Source: Micromonas sp.
Taxonomy: Eukaryota
DNA: 32,000 bases
Assembly: GCA_000090985.2 (NCBI GenBank)
Contig: CP001330.1
Span: 1,113,874 to 1,145,873, forward strand
Reading direction: 5' to 3'
Shown here in pieces: positions 8,749 through 16,949 of the stretch. The notes under the pieces are model-generated. The model was not told the origin of the DNA, made no database searches, and was given only the letters and a program-made list of their open reading frames with translations. The stretch's first letter is position 1. Every line of letters starts with the position of its first letter. Position numbers and translations under genes: made by a program.

Positions 8749-9339
8749 TCAGCGGCTGCGGTAGAACGGCGTATCTCCGAACCTTCCGTCGTACGTCTCG
8801 TATCCCCACGCGTCGAACACGTCCGTCGGGTCGTCCTCGACGGGTTCCACCGACGCGTCGCTAAACCCGTATTCTTCCTCGTCGTATTCTTCCTCATCCT
8901 CCGCTAGTTGCTCGCGCCGCGCGTTGATCTCAGCCGCGGCTCGGTAATCCTCGGGGGTTATTCCCAACCTCGTCAACGCCTCGCCGAGGTTGTATATGGC
9001 GTCGAACAGGGCGGGAAGACTGTACCAGACGGGCGCGAGCCACTGCGTGAGGTGCCTGCCGTGGGTCGTGCCGCCGCCGAGGTTGAGCGCGGGCGTCTGC
9101 GGAGGTCCCCACTCGTAAGGGGAGGAGGCGGTGACCATCACGCCGCACGCGACGAGAAAAAGGGAGAGGACGACGCCGGACGCGTACACGACGGCCCTGG
9201 ATGGGACGCCATCCGTGTCTTGCCGCGCGAACGGCCCCCATGACGCCACCGTTCCGTGCACGGGCAGCACGGGCACGCGGTCGAGGTGCTGGCGTGAGCT
9301 TCGACGGTCGAGGGTCGGGTGGGCGGTCGTCCTGAGCAT
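8749..9339 (-). CDS. Hypothetical small membrane protein with a basic N-terminal presequence, one hydrophobic segment and an acidic C-terminus
   Basis: The track ORF 8749..9504 starts at a TTG. The first true ATG is at 9339..9337 (MLRTTAHPTLDRRSSRQH...). A hydrophobic stretch AVVYASGVVLSLFLVACGVMVTA is followed by an acidic tail, EDEEEYDEEEYGFSD...DDPTDVFDAWGYETYDG. I recognise no family. Confidence 0.5.
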   Translation of the reverse strand: MLRTTAHPTLDRRSSRQHLDRVPVLPVHGTVASWGPFARQDTDGVPSRAVVYASGVVLSLFLVACGVMVTASSPYEWGPPQTPALNLGGGTTHGRHLTQWLAPVWYSLPALFDAIYNLGEALTRLGITPEDYRAAAEINARREQLAEDEEEYDEEEYGFSDASVEPVEDDPTDVFDAWGYETYDGRFGDTPFYRSR

Positions 9340-9598
9340 CCTTGGCTGGGCGAAAAGTGCGACCGCGTGGGACGAAGACGGGCGTTTCGAGCGGGTAGTG
9401 TCGATTTGCTCTAGCCTCACCAGCCGCGGAAGCCGCGCGAGGTCCGAACCGGCGCCGCCTTCGTTTGTCCTCGGAGCTGCGAAGTGACTCGGCTGAAACC
9501 ACAAAAATATCGGGACGCTCGACGACGACTTCGCAATCTATCATGCGCCCTGGGGACCGCGACACGAGCGCGCAGGGCCGACGAAACATCGTATCAGC

Positions 9599-11365
9599 AT
9601 GCATCGCCGGCGTCCGGCGCGGTCATGGGCGTTCCCGTCGACCCCGCGCGCCCCTTTGACGTGCGTAATCGCGCTGGTGCTGTTGACTGCGGGTCTAGCG
9701 GCCGAGGTTGACGGGGCGGATCTGGACGGCCCGCCGCGAGGTTGGGCGTCGTCCAAGGCTCTCGCTCAGCCCCCACCTCCTCCGCTTGACGACCTTCTCG
9801 ACGAGGCCAATCCCGCGAGCGCGTCGACGCCCGACCGCATCGTTCAGGGCCTCCGGCCGCCGTTCGACGCGTGGGATCCTCCGAGTTTGGGAACCCAGCC
9901 GCGTCGGACCCCGTCACCTCGAGCCCCTCGACACGCGCTGGACTCTCCCCCAATCGCCGACGCGTCCCAGCGCGATCGCGTCGAGGTGGGGCTGTCCCAA
10001 ATGTTCAAACCCCCTCCCCCCCCGGCCCGGTCCCCTCCACCGAACCGACCCGGTGAGTCACCGCCCCCGCCCCCGCCGCCGTCCGTCGTGAGACCGGGAG
10101 CGCCGAGGGATTGCCACGACATTGAGGCGCTGACACGGTCGTTAAAGTGCGAAAGGGGCGAGAACGGCAGGCTGTGCGCGTCCCTCCTCACCCGTTCGCT
10201 GCTGACGGGGTGCCACGACCTCGACGCGGTGGAACTTCTCGGACCGGCGATACGGAACGCGGCGAAGGAACTCGGGCTCATCGGAGACCCGCTGCCGCCG
10301 CCGCCGACGCCGCGCGTCCCTCCACCGCCGCCGGCACCGTCGTCGCCGCCGCCGTCGAGTCCTCCACCGCCGACGCCGCCGTCGCCGCACCCCCCGCCAC
10401 CCCCGTCGCCTCCACCGCCGGCACCGCCGCGCCCGAGCCCGCCGCCGTCGCCGCCGCCGCCCTGGTTCACGGAGCAGTGGGCGATCCTCACGCCAGGTGC
10501 GCCGCCGGGACCGCCGGCACCCGAGCTGAGGGTGCCCGCATCGCCGCCGATCGGGCCGCCGTCGTCGTCGCCGCCGGCGCCTTTACGAAAGGTCGCGAAC
10601 CCGACTCCGGCGCGACCCTCTCCGCCGCCGTGGTACGTTGAGCGGTGGAGCGAGCTGAGGAACCCTCCTCCTCCGTCGCCCCCGCCGACGCCTCCGACGC
10701 CGCCGACGCCCCCGGACCCGCCGCGTTCACCGCCTCCGCGCCCTCCCGCGCCTCCTTGGTACCTGGACCGGGTCGCGCTGCTCGATCGCGCGGCGGAATC
10801 GAACGGCGGCAGAGGAGTTATAGCGATGGCGGACGACTTTGTGGAGTTGACGGATGAGCAGGCGCTCGAGTGGTCCTCGGCGCTGGCGGCGCTGCAGGCC
10901 GCCGCCGAGACGGACGACGACGTCGTCGCCCAGGCTGGCGACAAGTCGGGGGGTGCCGTGAAACTCGCGCACCCTCCCAAATCCGCGCACCCTCCCAAAT
11001 CCGCGCACCCTCCCTTGGCGATTGAAAGCGGAGCAGTCCAAGGGGGTTATTGGCCCGCGCCCGGTTTCGCCGCGGCGCCGGGAACGACGACGTACGAGGA
11101 GGGCGCCGTCACCGCGTCCGCCGGGAGGGACGCGCTCGATCGTCTCCTCGGCGCGCTGAACTGGCGACGAGGCGACGGCGAGATCGGGGGTGGTGTGAAC
11201 GGCGAGGCGGCGAAGGCTAGCGCGAGTCGAGCGGCGCTCACCTACGGGTTCCCCAGCGGTTTCCTTTGGAGCGTCTATAGGGACCCGAGCATCGGGCCGT
11301 ACCTGGTGCAGACGTGGGGGCACATCCAGGCTGCGCTTGACCCGGGTGGGACGTACAGGCCGTGA
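9599..11365 (+). CDS. Secreted proline-rich protein (extensin/HRGP-like) with an N-terminal signal-peptide-like segment, a 4-Cys module and (S/T)P(n) blocks
   Basis: A 588-aa ORF from a true ATG (9599). The N-terminus MHRRRPARSW..LTCVIALVLLTAGLAAEV looks like a signal peptide. Long SPPPP/TPP runs lie at 10290-10760. Three PPPW[FY]xE/D modules and an AHPPKS tandem repeat are present. The Gly-rich antisense ORF 9844..10998 mirrors the CCN codons. Confidence 0.65.
   Translation: MHRRRPARSWAFPSTPRAPLTCVIALVLLTAGLAAEVDGADLDGPPRGWASSKALAQPPPPPLDDLLDEANPASASTPDRIVQGLRPPFDAWDPPSLGTQPRRTPSPRAPRHALDSPPIADASQRDRVEVGLSQMFKPPPPPARSPPPNRPGESPPPPPPPSVVRPGAPRDCHDIEALTRSLKCERGENGRLCASLLTRSLLTGCHDLDAVELLGPAIRNAAKELGLIGDPLPPPPTPRVPPPPPAPSSPPPSSPPPPTPPSPHPPPPPSPPPPAPPRPSPPPSPPPPWFTEQWAILTPGAPPGPPAPELRVPASPPIGPPSSSPPAPLRKVANPTPARPSPPPWYVERWSELRNPPPPSPPPTPPTPPTPPDPPRSPPPRPPAPPWYLDRVALLDRAAESNGGRGVIAMADDFVELTDEQALEWSSALAALQAAAETDDDVVAQAGDKSGGAVKLAHPPKSAHPPKSAHPPLAIESGAVQGGYWPAPGFAAAPGTTTYEEGAVTASAGRDALDRLLGALNWRRGDGEIGGGVNGEAAKASASRAALTYGFPSGFLWSVYRDPSIGPYLVQTWGHIQAALDPGGTYRP
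10967..11014 (+). repeat. 18-nt tandem repeat gcgcaccctcccaaatcc, 2.7 copies, inside the proline-rich gene (encodes AHPPKS AHPPKS AHPP)
   Basis: Read directly from the sequence. Copies at 10967-10984 and 10985-11002 are identical, and a partial copy lies at 11003-11014. Confidence 0.95.
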
Positions 11366-12445
11366 GTGCGACGTGGGACCGTGCGCGCGGGAGCGTGAGT
11401 AGCGACGCCGACGGGCGGGTCGGCGGAGATGTACAACAGCTATTTTTTTGCCACCTGTGTGCGTGACGAGCTGCAGGTGCAGGACGAAGCTCCGTCCCGA
11501 ACCGGCGGTGGAATCATCTTGGTTCGTTGAACCCTGGGATCTCCGCCTTTTTTTTCGACGGAGATCGCGAAACCGTCGTTTCCCAGTCTAAATTCCCGTT
11601 CAATTTCGGATACTCTGATTGGTCCGACCGTTTGGAAACTGTGACACTCTGGCAATTGGCGCCAAAAATCAACGTGGGTGCCCGCGGTTCAAACACTTCC
11701 GAGCGGCGCCTCGACGCGCGCGGTTGACGGCAGCGCGCCAGTCTTCCGACTTCGAGACGCCCTTGTAACGACACGCGAGTACCCTCGCGAACGTCGACGA
11801 GCCTTTACATCGCAAAGGTGAGCTCGCGCTTCTCTCGAACGCCCGTTCGCCGACCCACGCCTCTGCGCATTTTCCGGTCCACGCGAGGGGAAAAACCGGG
11901 GAGACGGGCGCGGGACGCGACGTCGGTATTCGCGCGTTTCCGAAGCGCGCGATCCGGGATCTCGCGCCCCGGACGCTGGACCTCATCGACGGGCTCCGCG
12001 CGCGTCTTTGAAGGCCCGTGCGGCGGTTCCGTGCGCGTCCGCGGGTCCTCCGCGCCCGGCGACCTTTTGCGCGGGAACCTCGTTCGGGGTGTTGCCGCGG
12101 TTTGGTCTTCTCTCCAGTTGGCCCAATTCTTCCGCAACGGGCGACGAGGCGACGAACGCTCCCCGGCGTCGACGCGATCGTCCCCTCGGCGGGGTACTCA
12201 CCGGATCGTGCTCGTGGTTGTACGTCGGATTCGATTCTTTCGCGCGATCCGGCGCCCGTGTCGTCGCATCCCCGCCGCCCGCGTCGCTTCCCCCCGCGAA
12301 GGGACGCGGGATATTTTCAGAGCCCCCAAAAAAAAAAGACGAGACGCGGTTCTGACGCAAAGATTATTCACTCTCCCCCGCGGCGCAGACAGCGGCGGCT
12401 CTCCTCCACCGCACCCACGAAACGGGGACGGGTTCCGACACGTAA

Positions 12446-14974
12446 ATGATGTTGGGCACGTCCCCCGCGCACGAGGCGCTCATCCACAGCGCCGTGAGTT
12501 CGAGCCGCGGCGTACCCACCGCCAAGCAATCGGTGAGCCCCACCGCGCACTCCGTCATGGACGTTCGCTCGGCGTCCCCAGGCGCGAGGACGGCGGGGTT
12601 CAGCGTGCTGTCGTCGTCACCGTCCGAGACTGGCAACGGTAACAGCATGATAACCCCGGGCTCGTCGTTCGGCGGCAGGGCGGCAGGGCAGGGCGGCCGA
12701 CGCAGGAGCGGCGACGGCGTGGCGCTGGCTCCCTCGCCGTCGCCCACCGTCACCGGGTTCGCGATGCCGTCCTCCGCGGAGAACAGCGTGGGGACGAGGA
12801 CGAGGATGACCCCGCTCGGGAGCAGGTCCATCTCCGCGGATTTCCCCGAGGAGACGGTCGTGGGTTTCGACACCGGATCCCTGCCCGGCGTGAGCGAGTT
12901 GGCTGCGGCGTCGCCTCCCATGTCCCCCGGCGGCCTCTCGAGGTCCATCTCCGCGCTCCGCGGCGAGCTCTCGTCGGTGAACGGTTTTAAAGGCGGGGTC
13001 GAACCCACCATCACCGTCCCCGTCGTGACCACCGCGCAGCGACCGACGATGCACGCCCGAGGACGCGCCGGTCTCTCCCCGGAGAAGCCCCCGATCCACC
13101 GCGCCGCCGGCGGGAGCGGCTTGCTCTCCGGCCGGCTGGAGGCGCTCACCGCCGACGAGGAGGCGATGCTCCTCGCCGCGCAGGCTCGCCACGACGCGTT
13201 TTCCTCTCCCGCGGTGGTGAGCGCGTTCAGGGTGGCTGCCGCCGCGCACCGCGGTCAGCTGCGCAAGAGCGGCGACAGCGTCCTCTCCGCTCAGGTTGGC
13301 ACGGCTCTCATCGTCGCCGAGCTCGGCATGGACAGCAAGGTTGTCGCGACGGCGCTCCTCCACGACGTCCTCGACGACACGCCGGTGACGGAGCGCGAGC
13401 TCAGGAACACGACGCCGGACTCCATCGTGACCATGGTGACCGGCGTGTCCAAGCTCTCGCTCGTGTCCCAGCTCCAGCGCTCCAGCGGCAGGTCCCTGGC
13501 GCGAGAGGAGCGCCTGAAGCTCCGCGCGCTGCTCGTCGCGATGACGGATGTGAGAGTCGTCATCGTCAAGCTCGCGGATAGGCTCCAGTGCCTCGAGACC
13601 ATCCACGCGCTCGGCGAGGACACCGCCACGCGAATCGCGCAGGAAACCCTCTCCATCTACGTCCCCCTCGCGTCGCGCCTCGGCATCTGGAGCCTCAAGA
13701 CGCGCCTCGAGGATGCGTGCTTCGCGTACCTGCACCCCGAGGCGCACGCGTCGCTGAGCGCCGAGCTCGCGCGGGACGAGCAAAAGGCGGCGGTGCAGCG
13801 CGCCGTCGAGGACATCACCTCCACGCTCGTCGCCGACGCGGGCATCTCCGACGTTCACGACATCTACGGCCGCGCCAAGAGCCTCTTTTCGGTGCACCGC
13901 AAGATGCTCCGCAAGGGGATCGCGCTCGGCGACGTGCACGACTTGAGGGCGGTTCGCGTCATCGTCGACTCGGAGGACGACTGCTACGCCGCCCTCGAGG
14001 CTATCCACGGCAAGTTCGCCCCGGTCCCGGGCAAGACCAAGGACTACGTGCGCAACGCCAAGGTGAACGGCTACCAGAGCCTGCACACCGTCGTCGTCGC
14101 CGCGGATGGAGCGCCGGTTGAGGTGCAGATTCGCACCGCCGAGATGCACCGCGCCGCTGAATCCGGCATGGCGGCGCACTGGAGGTACAAGGAGAGCGTC
14201 GTCAACCACAGGGCGATCGACGTGCAGGTGGCGTGGGCGAGGTTCATGCTCTCGTGGCAGGGGCAGCTCGTGGATGACAAGTGCAGAGCCGCGGGGGTTC
14301 GCATCGCCACCGCGATGGGCGCCGGCGGCGGATCCGTCGAGCTCGAGGCTCTCCAGCCGTGCGTCCCGTGCGAGTGCCCGTTCCCCGCGCACTGCGACGA
14401 CTGCCCGAACCACGAGGACGCCATCCTCTTCGGCGCGTGCGGCGCGTGCGGCGGCGCGGAGAGCTCCGTGTCTTCCCTCGTGAGCGCGGATTCCGCGAGC
14501 ATGTCCAAACAGCGCCGGCCCGCGTCGTCGCCGCTCGAGGTTTCGGCTCCCATCTTCGTCGTCGTCGTCGTCGACGGCGACATGGCCGTCGTCGAGCTCG
14601 CGAAGGGTGCGAGGCTCTCCGACGTGGACTTCGCGTCCGTGTGCGGGGACGAGCCGGGAGCCGTTCGGACGGCGGAGTTCACCGCCGTCGAGTCGATCGC
14701 CGTCAACCGCGAGAGCGTTCCGCCGGGGGCCGAGCCGGCTGTCACGCTCCGAATGGGCGACCTGGTGGAGGTTCGTCGCCGACGCCTCGGGGGCTCGCCG
14801 GAAGGGTCGCCGTCCACGGGTTCGAAGCTGAGCCACGCGGCGGCGGCGGCGATTGAGGAGCAGCGACGCAGGCTGAGCAGCACGCTTAAGATGGACGTGT
14901 CGTCCCTCGACGGCGGCGTCAGCAACGTCGTGCAGAGGCCCGCGGTTCATCAGCCCGAGGGATTCTTCCCTTGA
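12446..14974 (+). CDS. RSH: RelA/SpoT homologue (RSH2/3-type (p)ppGpp synthetase with an HD-domain remnant), probably plastid-targeted
   Basis: An 842-aa ORF. The HD region reads AAHRGQLRKSGDSVLSAQVGTALIVAELGMDSKVVATALLHDVLDDT. The synthetase region reads YGRAKSLFSVHRKMLRKG..DVHDLRAVRVIV...CY.ALEAIHGKFAPVPGKTKDYVRNAKVNGYQSLHTVVVAADGAPVEVQIRTAEMHRAAESGMAAHWRYKE. The Cys-rich motif CECPFPAHCDDCPNHED resembles the plant RSH2/3 C(K)FPSHxxDCP motif as I recall it. A TGS-like end follows (IFVVVVVDGDMAVVELAKGARLSDV...LRMGDLVEV). The start is placed at the first ATG (12446), but the ~240-aa low-complexity N-terminus is not independently supported. Confidence 0.9.
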   Translation: MMLGTSPAHEALIHSAVSSSRGVPTAKQSVSPTAHSVMDVRSASPGARTAGFSVLSSSPSETGNGNSMITPGSSFGGRAAGQGGRRRSGDGVALAPSPSPTVTGFAMPSSAENSVGTRTRMTPLGSRSISADFPEETVVGFDTGSLPGVSELAAASPPMSPGGLSRSISALRGELSSVNGFKGGVEPTITVPVVTTAQRPTMHARGRAGLSPEKPPIHRAAGGSGLLSGRLEALTADEEAMLLAAQARHDAFSSPAVVSAFRVAAAAHRGQLRKSGDSVLSAQVGTALIVAELGMDSKVVATALLHDVLDDTPVTERELRNTTPDSIVTMVTGVSKLSLVSQLQRSSGRSLAREERLKLRALLVAMTDVRVVIVKLADRLQCLETIHALGEDTATRIAQETLSIYVPLASRLGIWSLKTRLEDACFAYLHPEAHASLSAELARDEQKAAVQRAVEDITSTLVADAGISDVHDIYGRAKSLFSVHRKMLRKGIALGDVHDLRAVRVIVDSEDDCYAALEAIHGKFAPVPGKTKDYVRNAKVNGYQSLHTVVVAADGAPVEVQIRTAEMHRAAESGMAAHWRYKESVVNHRAIDVQVAWARFMLSWQGQLVDDKCRAAGVRIATAMGAGGGSVELEALQPCVPCECPFPAHCDDCPNHEDAILFGACGACGGAESSVSSLVSADSASMSKQRRPASSPLEVSAPIFVVVVVDGDMAVVELAKGARLSDVDFASVCGDEPGAVRTAEFTAVESIAVNRESVPPGAEPAVTLRMGDLVEVRRRRLGGSPEGSPSTGSKLSHAAAAAIEEQRRRLSSTLKMDVSSLDGGVSNVVQRPAVHQPEGFFP

Positions 14975-15173
14975 GAAGGAAGGCTGCCGAGTGTACTATC
15001 ATACCGTTGACTGTATTTGTAGGGTGCCCACGTCGATCGAGAACGACGACGACGAGACGCGGGCGACGCGGCACGTCTATTGACTTTTTGTAAACTACGA
15101 AAAAGAGCATTGTACCTTTAACTTGCTTTGAGCGACGGTCCCGACCAGATCTCCTCGCGGGCACGCGGACGCG

Positions 15174-16009
15174 ATGGACGCCCCGTTTTCTCCCGCGGCG
15201 TCGTCCCCCGCGGACGGCGGCGAACTTTTCGTTGACATGATGTCGCAGCCGAGCCGCGCGTGTTGCTTTTTCGTTCACCTGGCGCGCCTACCGTTGACCC
15301 GCCGTCAGGTCATACTCGGTCGGAAAGAGCAACTCTTGGATTCGTTTCCAAACCCGCTGAAGCAGGTTCCCTGCCTGGTGGAGCGCGACGGGTTCGTCTT
15401 GCCGGAGAGCTCGGCGATTCTCAAGTATCTCGCAGACCGTCACGCGGTGGCGGATCACTGGTACCCGCGTGAGCTTCGGGCGCGAGCGCGGGTCAACGCC
15501 GCGCTCGACTGGCAGCACTTCTCGCTGAGGAGGGGGGCGGCGGGCGTCACGTGGTTCTCCTTGATTGCGCGCAACATGGGCATGAAAACCGACCCGGGTA
15601 TGGCTCGAGCCATGCTGAATGTGCTGCGCGGCGCGTTGGGAAAACTCGAGAAGACGTGGTTGACGGACGAAGCGCCGTTCATGATGGGTTCGAGCCAGCC
15701 CTGCATCGCGGACCTGCTCGTCAGCGAGGTGTGTTTTTTTGTTAACAACGTCGACCCCGCCCGTGTTCCTAACCCCGCTTTGTCCACCCGCAGGAAATCT
15801 TCAACCTCACGCTCCTCGAGGCGATCGACGAGGACTTTGGGATGCCTCCCACGCTAGATGCGCTGCTCGGGGAGGATCACCCGAGGATCACCAGGTTCCT
15901 AGCCGCGTGTCAGGACCTGGACTGGACCGAGTGGAGGTCGATACACGGCATCCTGCACACCGCGCGGGACAAGATGGCGGCGAAGAAAAAGACGAGGTCG
16001 AGGATGTGA
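15174..16009 (+). CDS. Glutathione S-transferase, theta class. Two exons: 15174..15728 and 15794..16009.
   Basis: Theta-GST hallmarks are present: LFVDMMSQPSRACCFFVHLARLP...LGRKEQLLDSF..NPLKQVPCLVERDGFVLPESSAILKYLADRHAVADHWYPRELRARARVNAALDWQH. The unspliced reading gives a low-complexity basic tail. Splicing at GAG|GTGTGT...CTAAC...CCGCAG|GAA gives EIFNLTLLEAIDEDFGMPPTLDALLGEDHPRITRFLAACQDLDWTEW...AAKKKTRSRM*, in phase, with the stop at 16007-16009. Confidence 0.85.
15729..15793 (+). other. Intron of the GST gene (65 nt)
   Basis: Donor GTGTGT at 15729. A T7 run follows. CTAAC branch motif at 15769..15773. Acceptor CGCAG ends at 15793. Confidence 0.8.
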
Positions 16010-16326
16010 GCCGTCCTCAAACGCGCAGTCGGCGTCTCCTTGCGTCGCCGACGTCGTCCAGCACGTCTGCGCGCGTCTGCGTCGTCCGGCACGTTTGTAA
16101 CAAGAAACTAGACATTTATCCCAACTGCGTGAACGTCGACACGGGTTCCCCCTTTTCATTTCCTATTTCCGTCCACGGTCTGACTGCTCCCCTGTGCATT
16201 ATCCAAACGAGCACGACAGCGCCAGAGCAGCACGTTCGACTGACTGAGAACGAACCTCAGCCGCCCAAAGTCACTCTCCCGTCGCGCTCCCCCGAGCCGA
16301 AGCGAACACAAACCCGGGTGCACGGA

Positions 16327-16878
16327 ATGGCGTCTCTCGCCGCTTTCGCTCCCTCCCTCGCGGCCCTCAGGCCCAAGGCGGCCAAGACCTCCAAGGTCTC
16401 CAAGGCGGTGGTGGCCGAGAGGCGCACCGAGACTGTCGTCCCTGCGATTAGCACCAGGCGCGCGCTCCTGGGCGGCGCGGTGAGCGCGGCGATGACTCTC
16501 GCGATGTCCCCCGGCCCCGCGGCCGCGAAGGACGGCAAGAACGGCGTGTACTGGATCGAGCCGAAGGACGGCGCGACCGTGGCGCAGGAGTTCAAGGTGA
16601 AGATGGGCGTCATCGGATACGAGCTGGCGCCCGCGAGCGAGGGCCTGCAGGAGGGGACCGGCCACCACCACATCGTCGTGGACCAGGAGGGGGGATACGT
16701 CGACAAGGGAGTCGAGATTCCCTTCGACGCCACCCACCTGCACTTCGGTAAGGCGCAGAAGGAGGGCACGGTGAAGCTCGAGCCCGGGACGCACACCCTC
16801 ACGCTCCAGTTCGCCGACGCCAAGCACCGATCTTTCGGGAAGAAATTTGCTAAAACCATCACCGTGAACGTCGAGTGA
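16327..16878 (+). CDS. DUF4399-family protein with a bipartite presequence (transit-peptide-like segment plus twin-arginine signal); predicted to go to the thylakoid lumen
   Basis: The true ATG is at 16327, within the longer track ORF 15739..16878. The N-terminus is MASLAAFAPSLAALRPKAAKTSK.., followed by STRRALLGGAVSAAMTLAMSPGPAAAK (RR, then a hydrophobic stretch, then AxA). The mature part reads YWIEPKDGATV..FKVKMGV.G...GTGHHHIVVD.....IPFDATHLHFGKAQKEGTVKLEPGTHTLTLQFADAKH, which matches the DUF4399 pattern recalled from memory (GHHHLLID...H.HFG.GQTE..L.L.PG.HTL.L). Confidence 0.85.
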   Translation: MASLAAFAPSLAALRPKAAKTSKVSKAVVAERRTETVVPAISTRRALLGGAVSAAMTLAMSPGPAAAKDGKNGVYWIEPKDGATVAQEFKVKMGVIGYELAPASEGLQEGTGHHHIVVDQEGGYVDKGVEIPFDATHLHFGKAQKEGTVKLEPGTHTLTLQFADAKHRSFGKKFAKTITVNVE

Positions 16879-16949
16879 GGGACATACTATCCTCGTTAAT
16901 ATGATATCAGTTATTAAGGTTTACCATCACGCGTGCATCTCCTCGTAGA

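Noticed and set aside
9844-10998. A 384-aa Gly-rich minus-strand ORF opposite the proline-rich gene
   Set aside because: GGN codons are simply the complement of the CCN (Pro) codons. The plus frame has a true ATG, a signal-peptide-like N-terminus and non-repetitive flanks. The choice of strand is still not fully certain, which is reflected in the 0.65 confidence.
12364-13149. A 261-aa minus-strand ORF overlapping the low-complexity N-terminus of the RSH gene
   Set aside because: It is in the same shadow-frame relationship to the plus ORF, starts at a GTG and has no recognisable domain. It does mean that the first ~240 codons of the RSH model rest only on ORF continuity.
12617-14950. A 777-aa minus-strand ORF antisense to the RSH gene, the longest 'extra' ORF in the track
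   Set aside because: Its composition is extremely Arg/Gly/Ala/Asp-rich with no recognisable motif. The plus-strand frame carries unmistakable RelA/SpoT HD and synthetase motifs. Long stop-free antisense frames are expected where GC3 is very high.
15739-16326. The upstream 196 codons of track ORF 15739..16878, which would make a 379-aa protein
   Set aside because: This part starts at a non-ATG codon, overlaps the GST intron and exon 2 in another frame, and is low-complexity. The DUF4399 gene begins at the ATG at 16327, which gives a typical transit peptide.
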